A stretch of DNA of 64,000 nucleotides, taken from positions 3,333 to 67,332 of the IMG/VR virus record IMGVR_UViG_3300028840_004512, one strand, 5' to 3'. Position numbers and translations under genes: made by a program. The notes under the pieces were generated by a model. It saw only the letters and a list, made by a program, of their open reading frames with translations. It was not told the origin of the DNA and did not search any database. Positions 25,431 through 33,774 of this stretch are shown piece after piece (positions within the stretch are counted from its first letter, which is position 1; each line of letters opens with the position of its first letter). This stretch comes from a virus.

Positions 25431-25844
25431 CTAAGCCGTACCCTCCACCATCCGCGGGGTTCGGCGGGCCTTGTCGCCTGGTAGTCTGTCCTTCTTTCCG
25501 GAGTCCGCCTCAACAAAGCGTGAGCCCCAATCCGCCTCAACGAGCCGATATATCTCGATAAGACGGTCGGGGAACGCAGCATCTTGCTTAAGCAGCCACC
25601 CGATCTTGTTCGACCGGTCCGGGTTCCACACCGTGAAAAGGACCTCACGCCCAGACCGTGAGCCCTTGCATCGCCCGATGAAGGACCCAAGCCTAGCCTG
25701 CCGCAGCCGAAGCAGGTTGTGGGGAAGCCTGTTGGGCGCCAGCTTGGCAATAAGCTGGCGCCCGTCCAGCTCGACCGGCGGGTCCTTGGTAGGCACCACT
25801 CGGTCCCCACGGATCTTACAAGGCTGCAGAACAAACTTAGCCAT
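25431..25844 (-). CDS. hypothetical protein
   Basis: 137-aa ORF. Confidence 0.65.
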   Translation of the reverse strand: MAKFVLQPCKIRGDRVVPTKDPPVELDGRQLIAKLAPNRLPHNLLRLRQARLGSFIGRCKGSRSGREVLFTVWNPDRSNKIGWLLKQDAAFPDRLIEIYRLVEADWGSRFVEADSGKKDRLPGDKARRTPRMVEGTA

Positions 25845-25886
25845 AGCTTCTAGGCTACCGGCTCGAAGAGCCTGCTAGAGGACGGC

Positions 25887-26528
25887 CTAGACCAAGCGGC
25901 CCTCCGTTTCCACGTTTGTTTCATTATGTTCGGTAATGTAACGCATTAGCTTCCTCACACGATCAGGATCCTCTCGAAGAAGCCCCAGAGCCGTATTGCA
26001 ATGGTGACAGAGGACTGCCCGCACCTTCCCCGTCTTGTGACAATGATCCACAGGAGGCGCACCCCGCAAGGTAGTAGAGACATTCAGCCTATCCCCACAA
26101 GCCCCGCAACGACCCTCTTGCTTGCTCACCAGCTCTTCGTAAAAATCCAACGTAACGCCGTACTTGGTCTTCAGGTTAACGCCACGGACGCAGCGCTTGC
26201 AATAGGTATAAAGACCGTCCTTGTTCGTTCGACACTTGTGAAACTGCCCCGTCGGCTTAACGACACCGCAGCGTGCACAGGTCTTCTCTCCGGAAGCCGC
26301 CAAGCTCCCCTTACCCCTGCCGCGGTGATACTTACTCGACTGACGCCTCTGCAAACACCCACACGACTGGGTACGACCTTTGGTCAGGTCCTGTCCGTAA
26401 ACAGCCTTCGAGCTTCCGCAGTCACATACGACATTCCACCGCATATGCTTACCTGCGCCCTGACCGGCTGGAGACACAACCGTTAACATACCAAAACGAC
26501 GATCTGTTAGATCAACTCTAGGAGGCAC
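25887..26528 (-). mobile_element. free-standing endonuclease VII-type (HNH) homing endonuclease gene
   Basis: DLTDRRFGML..CDCG..SCGC; CGAC...VDHCHKTGKVRAVLCHHCNTALG; own promoter TTCGTC-17-TACCTT (26535-26563). Confidence 0.88.
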
Positions 26529-26579
26529 CCTTAAAAGGTACCACGGAACGTTCTCAAGACGAAGAAGAATCGTAGCGCG

Positions 26580-26912
26580 TCAAAGTACAGCGTCGATGTA
26601 GATCTCCTCCTCGTCCGTGTTGCCTGTCTCGGTGGCCACGGTCATGGTCACCACACCAGCCTGAACCAGCTGCTGCCACTCAATGCTGGGCTCGGGCATG
26701 TAGGCCGAGCGCTGGTAGCGCCAATCACGGTTATGCATGGGGAGCTGACTGTTGGCAGTGTCCGCCAGCGTACCGATGTGCGCAAAGGGGTAGGGTAGAG
26801 GATCGGTCACATTGCCGCCTGTAGCAAGCAGCGCAGAGGGTCCCGAGCCTCCAGTCATCTGCTCAAGCACGTTGATATCACGGCCAGAGGTGTTGGTAAT
26901 CGTCATTAGCAC
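26580..26912 (-). CDS. hypothetical virion-region protein
   Basis: 110 aa, RBS GAGG; ends in DAVL*. Confidence 0.75.
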   Translation of the reverse strand: MLMTITNTSGRDINVLEQMTGGSGPSALLATGGNVTDPLPYPFAHIGTLADTANSQLPMHNRDWRYQRSAYMPEPSIEWQQLVQAGVVTMTVATETGNTDEEEIYIDAVL

Positions 26913-27010
26913 CGGAATAACCTCGCAAAGCTGAGCTTGCTCGTCACGCGCAGGCGCCTCGCCTCACCCAACACGACCAGCAAAGCCGCAAAAAAGTGCC
27001 GCATATTATG

Positions 27011-27039
27011 TTGCGGGACAAAAAACATCAGCATACGTT
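27011..27039 (+). promoter_or_regulatory. leaderless promoter of the HNH gene
   Basis: TTGCGG-17bp-TACGTT, then 6 nt to ATG 27046. Confidence 0.6.
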
Positions 27040-27045
27040 CAACTT

Positions 27046-27690
27046 ATGGCGAGACCTGTTGTAAATCTTAAAGGCAAGAGGTTCGGACGTCTAGTTGTTA
27101 TCGACCGAGCCGGATCTATTGAGTACGCAGGGGGTAATAAGGTAGCTGGATGGAAAGTCCACTGCGATTGCGGCGCGGAGAAAGTAGTTGCAGGAGCCAG
27201 CCTATCACAAGGAAAAACCTCGTCCTGCGGATGCTCCCGTCGACGAAAACGCCGTCCCGCCGAAAACATCCCAGGGAATAAACGCTGCTGCACATGCCAA
27301 GAGATAAAAGAGATCAAATCGTTCTACCGTCTGAAGTCCAGCCCAGATGGCAGATACCCGAACTGCATCCAATGCTACCGCAAAGCACGAAAACCCAAGA
27401 CCGCGCAGATAAGAGCCACCAGAAAAAAGTGGCACCGTAAGCTCCGGCTCGAAGTCCTCCAGCATTACGGAGGAGCGTGCGACTGCTGCGGAGAAGCCCA
27501 CATGGAATTCCTCGCCATCGACCACATCGACGGCGGAGGATCCCAGCACCGAAAGAAGATACGTGCCGACATTACGTGGTGGCTCAAAAAAGAAGGCTTC
27601 CCGGAAGGCTTCCGAGTCCTTTGCCACAATTGCAACCAGGCCCTCGGTCGCTACGGGTACTGCCCACACACAGCCCAAGGGCATAGCTAG
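27046..27690 (+). mobile_element. free-standing HNH endonuclease gene, inverted and lower in GC
   Basis: NLKGKRFGRL..CDCG..SCGC; CDCCGE...LAIDHIDG...RVLCHNCN. Confidence 0.88.
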
Positions 27691-27700
27691 GAAGCATGGT

Positions 27701-27799
27701 GCTTTAATCCTTGTTGTTGCCCGTTGCTATGCCCCAGACATGGAAGATCCAAGGAGGCTTGTCCCTCTGAATCTACAGCCTAATCCTCGACGTTTCAAT
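27701..27799 (-). CRISPR. degenerate CRISPR-repeat-derived element
   Basis: ATTGAAAC (27792-99), a 33-nt segment, then an interrupted repeat sharing AATCCTTGTTGT and ATGGA with 18040-18076. Confidence 0.4.
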
Positions 27800-27810
27800 G
27801 CCCTACGTCG

Positions 27811-28221
27811 CTAGTCCCCAATAACCGCCACCGCGAGCTTCATGTCAACGCCGCCCGCGTTGCTTGCATACAGCGAGGTCAGGCCCGAGGTAGACAGCAG
27901 CAGATGGCCCTGCGCCGTCTCCGACAGCGGGGTTATGGCGATCTCCTCACCACCCACCCCGTTGCGCTTAACAGTGATCTCCACCGGGTCCTCCAGCGGG
28001 TCTCGCGCGCGCGTGCGAATGGCTAGGAAGGATGCCGTAGCTATGTTGCCCAACGCCACCTGCACATCCGAGGAGCTGGCCGCCAGCACAAACTCCCGCA
28101 GACCGCCCTCACCGTACTCGTCCGAGACCACCTCGTATGAGGCGTTCCCGAGGTCCTTGTCCTCCACCGTTGCGTCGGAGGATATCTGCACCTTGACGCT
28201 GTACCTAATCCTAACTGCCAT
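27811..28221 (-). CDS. beta-rich virion-protein-like
   Basis: 136 aa from MAVRIRY. Confidence 0.75.
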   Translation of the reverse strand: MAVRIRYSVKVQISSDATVEDKDLGNASYEVVSDEYGEGGLREFVLAASSSDVQVALGNIATASFLAIRTRARDPLEDPVEITVKRNGVGGEEIAITPLSETAQGHLLLSTSGLTSLYASNAGGVDMKLAVAVIGD

Positions 28222-28231
28222 GAGATCAATC

Positions 28232-28435
28232 CTAGCTGTCGTCGCTGTCCACAATCAAGCCCAGATGCACCGCGACAGCCTTGAGCAGCCGGCCCTTCTC
28301 CGCCTCCGTCAGGTCCTCAAAGGTCTTGCCCTTCAAGAAGTCCTTCCGGCTATCCTCGCGACCCTTGGCCGCCTTACGCTTAGATCTCTCCGCCGTCCAG
28401 CCGGGTATATCATGCGGTGTCAATGCCTTAGCCAT
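28232..28435 (-). CDS. small hypothetical protein
   Basis: 67 aa with RBS GAGG. Confidence 0.7.
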   Translation of the reverse strand: MAKALTPHDIPGWTAERSKRKAAKGREDSRKDFLKGKTFEDLTEAEKGRLLKAVAVHLGLIVDSDDS

Positions 28436-28447
28436 CGTCCTCTACCT

Positions 28448-30484
28448 CTAGGTCGTCTGCTGCCCACAGACAATGAAGCTGAAGTACACCACCTCAGCAT
28501 TCGGATCTACGGCAGCCCCTGTAGGCGCTAACCAAAACAGCATATCGAAGCCACCAGGGAGCTTACTAGCGTAGGGCACCGTGATGAATACAGGAAAAGC
28601 GGGGTCCCCGCTTGTAGCCACCACCGAATAAGGCGCATCCATCACCACCCCTGGAAAAGCAACATGGACAAGCCCAGGGCTCACAGACGCCACAGCGTTA
28701 AACCCGTCGTCCAACGTAATGCCCCCCACAGGCGTCGTGTAGCCACTACCCCAGCTCTTGACCATGCTCTTGGGGTACAGCGCATTTCCCGGCACGACCG
28801 TGGCCGGCGCCGGATTGCTAGCGACTGTGGTGCCTGTGATCTTCATGTACAGATCGTCAGCGCTAAAGAGCGGCGACCGCAGATCGTAGAATGCTTCATG
28901 TGTCCACGCGTTATCAGCCCAAGGTTGTGGCGCCGTATCCACCGTATAAGAAACCTTCCAGCCCACGCTCGTAAGCTCAGTCTTCGACGAGTAGTCAGCA
29001 TTGTCCCGCTCCCACCCACCGGGCGTCCAGATGGCGTTGAGGGTGTGAACATAACCTCCCGAGGAGTTGTCGAGATATATGCGCCCAGGATCGGCGTCGG
29101 TCCCATCTGCCTCCCATAGGAGTGTGTAATCCTCTGTAGCAACGGCAGGAACCCACGTCCGGATGCGTGGCGTGAGCGCCTGAGCCGAGCTGTACTGAAG
29201 GGCACTCCCCAGGTCATACAGCCGTCCCTTTACCTCCAGCGCGGGTGGGTCATAGGCAGAGCCTGTCTCCTGATCGTTGCGCTCCAGACGCAAGAGCATG
29301 TTCGAGCCATCAACGTCCGCGCGGGTAAGTATACCCCGGTCGGCAAACTCCGTCTGCGTTGCCTCCTTCCAAACGATCGCGTTGCGTAACTCAACACCTT
29401 TGCGGCTCTGCTGAAGATAGGGCTCCGTGGCCCCCGTCTCCAGCCACGCCTGAACATCGTCAAAGCGGACCGCATCCCCCGAGGTGCTGAAGGAGACACT
29501 ATCAGCCCGAAAGCCTACATAGGCAAGGTGCGTCGCACTAGCTGGGATCTCGATTATCCTGTCAAACATCACATAGGACGCGTCGGTGCTCGTGATACTG
29601 ATCGATATATCGGTCGGCGTCAGGTCAACACCAGCGTCGTCCGTACACTGGACCCGAAACACCAGAGTGCCTGTCACCCTAGCCCTAATCACCCTCTTGT
29701 AGAAGCGTACCCGCAAACGTTGCCCTGGCGTTACAGGCACCCCCAGATACTGATTCGCGGTACCCCCGTGAGTGCCGCCCGAGGTCCACTCCAGCACCAG
29801 GTGATAGGTACCCACAAGCGGGTCAGTGTTCGACACCTTCCACGCTAAGTCTCCCGCGCCAAGGGTGGCTCGACGCTTCTCCCAGTACAGCGCGCCAAAC
29901 ATGTTGTAGTCGCCGCCCACAGTCTCGTTCAGATACCCAAAGTCGGTGTTGCGCAGCAACGGTACCCACGCCACCTGCTCCGAGGTCTTGTTCATCCACG
30001 CCATCCGGCGCTCGTTACCCGTGATAGCAGAGGCTGGGAGAGCCCCCGTAGCAGCAATAACGACCTTGCCTAGGATGACTGCCTCCGCTGCCTCGGGCGC
30101 AACCGCAAACTCGGCCTCTGTGTAAACCCGGATGGTGGCGGCCGTCGTTGCCCCAAGAGAGTAGGACGCGTAGAGCGTAACGTAGACCGTAACGGTAGGA
30201 GAGTAGCTGCTGAGGTCTATCAGGAAGTCCCCAGTCGTGCGACGGACCGTCAAGCTGTGGCCGGTGGCAGACTGGTAGACTGCTACGTGGTCACCCACAA
30301 CCGAGTCGGCCTCCACGTTGACGGTACGGTCACCTGCCCCCCCGTCCACCCCAAGCTTGAATCCTCGATGAACACCCCAGGGAAGAATGACGGCTGATCG
30401 CCTATTTAGCGCATCGCTAGCGAAGGGCTCGCGGTACCTTACGGTGGTCTCAGTTGATAGAAACGTTACGACGTCTGTAGCCAT
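28448..30484 (-). CDS. tail fibre / receptor-binding protein, paralog 3
   Basis: Shared N-terminus MATD...RY.EPF, CBM-like jelly-roll, C-terminal NALYPKSMVKSWG domain. Confidence 0.8.
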   Translation of the reverse strand: MATDVVTFLSTETTVRYREPFASDALNRRSAVILPWGVHRGFKLGVDGGAGDRTVNVEADSVVGDHVAVYQSATGHSLTVRRTTGDFLIDLSSYSPTVTVYVTLYASYSLGATTAATIRVYTEAEFAVAPEAAEAVILGKVVIAATGALPASAITGNERRMAWMNKTSEQVAWVPLLRNTDFGYLNETVGGDYNMFGALYWEKRRATLGAGDLAWKVSNTDPLVGTYHLVLEWTSGGTHGGTANQYLGVPVTPGQRLRVRFYKRVIRARVTGTLVFRVQCTDDAGVDLTPTDISISITSTDASYVMFDRIIEIPASATHLAYVGFRADSVSFSTSGDAVRFDDVQAWLETGATEPYLQQSRKGVELRNAIVWKEATQTEFADRGILTRADVDGSNMLLRLERNDQETGSAYDPPALEVKGRLYDLGSALQYSSAQALTPRIRTWVPAVATEDYTLLWEADGTDADPGRIYLDNSSGGYVHTLNAIWTPGGWERDNADYSSKTELTSVGWKVSYTVDTAPQPWADNAWTHEAFYDLRSPLFSADDLYMKITGTTVASNPAPATVVPGNALYPKSMVKSWGSGYTTPVGGITLDDGFNAVASVSPGLVHVAFPGVVMDAPYSVVATSGDPAFPVFITVPYASKLPGGFDMLFWLAPTGAAVDPNAEVVYFSFIVCGQQTT

Positions 30485-30486
30485 CG

Positions 30487-30882
30487 CTAGCTCTCCTCAG
30501 AGGGGTTCGGGATCACACGGCGCACGGTTAGATCTGCCTCCTCCAACGAGGGCGCGCCCGGAGGCACCACCAGGCTAAAGAGCTTGTCAAGCAGCTGGAA
30601 CGGCCCGTCCGACATGAAAACGTAGGGCTCCTCTCCATCCTCATAACGATCTACAAACAGGCGGGCCTGGCGACCCACCTTGACCAGGAACCCCACCGCC
30701 CCCGTAATTTTGTTGGTGTGTGAGCCTCCGTGGTCGTAGGTGTGCTCCTTCAGATCTAGATCCTCACCTGCAATCCGTACGGTGCCCGCCGCAACCGCCA
30801 ACGTCCAACCCTCCACCGAAACCTTAAGCTCAAAGACGTGACGGCCCGAGGAGTCGAAGGTGGTTAATGTTCTGATCGCCAT
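30487..30882 (-). CDS. fibre-associated small protein (paralog of 33361..33765)
   Basis: TL.V.AG...G...L.E..YD...VPPGA.SL....RRV....EES. Confidence 0.75.
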   Translation of the reverse strand: MAIRTLTTFDSSGRHVFELKVSVEGWTLAVAAGTVRIAGEDLDLKEHTYDHGGSHTNKITGAVGFLVKVGRQARLFVDRYEDGEEPYVFMSDGPFQLLDKLFSLVVPPGAPSLEEADLTVRRVIPNPSEES

Positions 30883-30889
30883 AGCTCTC

Positions 30890-33358
30890 CTAAGTGATCT
30901 GCTTAGCCAGCACCACAAAGTGAATCTCACGCGACACAGATCTCAGGTCCACCCACGAGCCCGAGACGAGATAAACCCGGATGCTGAAGGTGCTGCTGGT
31001 CTGATTTGTAACGAGAGGCACCGCTACCTGACCAGACACCCAGGTGTAACCAAACACCACCGCATAGTTTGCACTAGCTAGGTTCTGCAGAACGTTAATG
31101 TCCAGCTCTCCAGTACCCGCATTCACGATCGCTGTGTAGTTCAGCCCCTCACTCGTTGTTATACCTCCTGAACCGTCCGTCTGAACATACCCCCACACCT
31201 TAACGATGGCAGAGGCGTACAACGCGTTGCCTGCCACCGTCGTGGTGTGGGCCGGATTAGTCCCTGTAGTGGTGTTGTGGATACGCCAAACCGCATCGTC
31301 GATGTACCACTCCCCAAAAGCCGTTGGGATCTGATGGTGGTACGTGTCCCAGCCCGACACGCCCACCGTGTCATCCCAGGTACCAGCTCCGAGGGAACGC
31401 CCGTACAGATAGATACCCTCTCCCCGAAACACGAACCTGCTCGCATTCTCTGCTGCCTTGTCCTTGTCCCAGTTCGTCCCTGACCACTCAGCATTGACTG
31501 TGATCTCGAAGTAGTCATCCGTACTACCGTTGTAATGATAAAACCGCGTTGCTGCCTGAGTAGCCGACGGAGCTGCACACTCAGCAATAAGGGTACGCTG
31601 AGGATCTACCCCAGTCGTAGAGTGGTCCGCAGCATCCAGCTGAATACGCGCAATGCGGGCATTCGCATCCGTGCCTCGAAGCTCCGCACCAAGCTTCACG
31701 TAGCCCTTAAAATCCGTATATTGCAGCCCAACGATGTTTGAGCCTACAGAGCCCGAACTCAGCTTAAACGCCAAGCGATCCCAACTAGCCTCTGTCCAAG
31801 TAGTTGGTGCAGGACTAGCCTTCACCAGATATTCCAGTCCTCCATCGCGGGTAAATCGCAGAATACCGGCCCCAGCCGCAGCATCCCGAGCCCACACCGT
31901 TCCCGTCCAGCGCGCATTGATTGCTACAGACCACCCAGGCCCCACATAACCGTCCGCATAGATCCGCACAGTCTGCGAGCCACCAAGATCATCAGCAATC
32001 TCCCACAAAAGCGTCCTCGTGTATGACCCCGAGCTAGCCTTGGGCGTAGTGAAGCGCGCCGTCAGTGCCTGCGCTGAGCTGTTGCGAAGATTCTTACCAA
32101 TATTAAGCAGCTGCCCAAACAGCTCCATTCCCACAGGATCTAGCGACGATCCACTCTTCGCGTCCAGACGCCTAATCTGCACATTCCCTTGGTAGGTACG
32201 AAGAAACGGCTGCTCGCCAAGCTCATCAAAGTCGGGATTGTTTAGGTCCGCAAGCAGAATAGACATCACGGACTGCACCCCCCGCGCGTCTCGGAATGGA
32301 TAGGGGTCATCCACATACACCTGCAGCCACACTTGAAAGTCATCTATCCGAATAGCCGGCCCTGGCGTCGAGAAGTCAATCAGATTGGTTGCAAACCAGA
32401 CCCCCAGAATCTCGACGATATCCAGCCCGGACGGGACCGCAAAGGTGCGATCGAACTCCTCGTAGACCGCATCAGCCGCCGTGCTAAGATAGGTGGTCGT
32501 CGCCGCGGGCGCGACATAGCTGCCATCCTTATCGAGGAAGTAAACCACGACGAGCACGTCGCCACTCGACGCCGCCTGCACCATCTTCTTGTAGAGACGA
32601 ATGCGGAACCGCTGCCCTTCCGTCACCGGCACCCCCAGCGGCTGGGTCAGAATCCAGTTAGCCGTGCCCGAGACGTAGGTAATCTCCATGCACTTGTAGC
32701 CACTGTGCGGGTCCGTCTCGGACGGCTGCATCGTATTGGAGCCTCCACCCTCAATCAGCCAAGGAAAGGCAGGGTAGGCATAGGTGCCGTTCGGAAGGAC
32801 CGCGTCCGAGATCTCAAAGCTTGCGTTCTCGTGCAGAGGTGCCCACACGAACGTCTCCGGTGCCCGCTGGGCCCACGCCATGGTCCGACGACCATACGTG
32901 ATCATCGAGGAATCAATCTGCCCCGAGGTGGGCACCGCCACCTCCCCAATCACAACCAGCTCGTCCTTCTCCGTCGCCCCATCATACTCCGTCTCGGTGT
33001 ATGCTCGCACAACAGCGGTAGTGTCCGCCCCCAACGCATAGGTGGCGTAGATGGTGAGGACCACCGTCTCGTTAGAGTAGGAGGACAGGTCCAGCAGAAA
33101 GTCGCCGCCTGTGTAGCGGATCGTGAGCGAGTAGCCCGTCTCGGTCTGGTAGACCGCCACCATATCCCCGGCATCCGCGTCAGCAGTAAGCAGAACCGTG
33201 CGCTCCCCACTAGAAGGGTCTTCATCCAGGCCGAAGCCTTGGTAGATGCCTGGAGGGATGACCACCGCATGCTTCTCATTGAGACCAGCCGTCACGAACG
33301 GCTGGCGATACCGCATCGTGAACACGTCAGAGGCAAAGGGCGCGAGGTCTGTGGTCAT
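30890..33358 (-). CDS. tail fibre / receptor-binding protein, paralog 2
   Basis: MTTDLAPFASD..TMRYRQPFVTAGLNEKHAVVIPPGIY; start set by paralogy. Confidence 0.8.
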   Translation of the reverse strand: MTTDLAPFASDVFTMRYRQPFVTAGLNEKHAVVIPPGIYQGFGLDEDPSSGERTVLLTADADAGDMVAVYQTETGYSLTIRYTGGDFLLDLSSYSNETVVLTIYATYALGADTTAVVRAYTETEYDGATEKDELVVIGEVAVPTSGQIDSSMITYGRRTMAWAQRAPETFVWAPLHENASFEISDAVLPNGTYAYPAFPWLIEGGGSNTMQPSETDPHSGYKCMEITYVSGTANWILTQPLGVPVTEGQRFRIRLYKKMVQAASSGDVLVVVYFLDKDGSYVAPAATTTYLSTAADAVYEEFDRTFAVPSGLDIVEILGVWFATNLIDFSTPGPAIRIDDFQVWLQVYVDDPYPFRDARGVQSVMSILLADLNNPDFDELGEQPFLRTYQGNVQIRRLDAKSGSSLDPVGMELFGQLLNIGKNLRNSSAQALTARFTTPKASSGSYTRTLLWEIADDLGGSQTVRIYADGYVGPGWSVAINARWTGTVWARDAAAGAGILRFTRDGGLEYLVKASPAPTTWTEASWDRLAFKLSSGSVGSNIVGLQYTDFKGYVKLGAELRGTDANARIARIQLDAADHSTTGVDPQRTLIAECAAPSATQAATRFYHYNGSTDDYFEITVNAEWSGTNWDKDKAAENASRFVFRGEGIYLYGRSLGAGTWDDTVGVSGWDTYHHQIPTAFGEWYIDDAVWRIHNTTTGTNPAHTTTVAGNALYASAIVKVWGYVQTDGSGGITTSEGLNYTAIVNAGTGELDINVLQNLASANYAVVFGYTWVSGQVAVPLVTNQTSSTFSIRVYLVSGSWVDLRSVSREIHFVVLAKQIT

Positions 33359-33360
33359 CT

Positions 33361-33765
33361 CTAGCTCTCCTCCGATAACGCAACAACGCGCCGCCGTCGT
33401 GCCTCCACCGCATCTAACGATACCGCCCCTGGAGGCACGGCGAGAACCGCCTGCAGATGCAGATGCTCCCAAGGACACGCATCATCAAACCTAAAAAGGT
33501 CCGCACCCTCTGCCGGCACGGTGTCCACAACCAGTACGCCCACGCCGCCATCCGCCTTGACACGCACAAGGTAGACGTCAAGCCACATAACCTCCGTCTC
33601 GTGCGGCACTACCTCGTAGTCGTAGTCCTCCAGCAACACATAGCTCGTCCCATCAACCAGGAAGGAACCTGCTCCCACTGTGAGGGTCATGCCCGAGAAG
33701 ATGAGAGGTAGATCCACCTGCATGCGCCCTCCTAGGCTTTTGATTGTGACCTCGTTCACCGCCAT
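33361..33765 (-). CDS. fibre-associated small protein
   Basis: Paralog of 30487..30882, follows a fibre gene. Confidence 0.75.
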   Translation of the reverse strand: MAVNEVTIKSLGGRMQVDLPLIFSGMTLTVGAGSFLVDGTSYVLLEDYDYEVVPHETEVMWLDVYLVRVKADGGVGVLVVDTVPAEGADLFRFDDACPWEHLHLQAVLAVPPGAVSLDAVEARRRRVVALSEES

Positions 33766-33774
33766 AGCCTGCTC

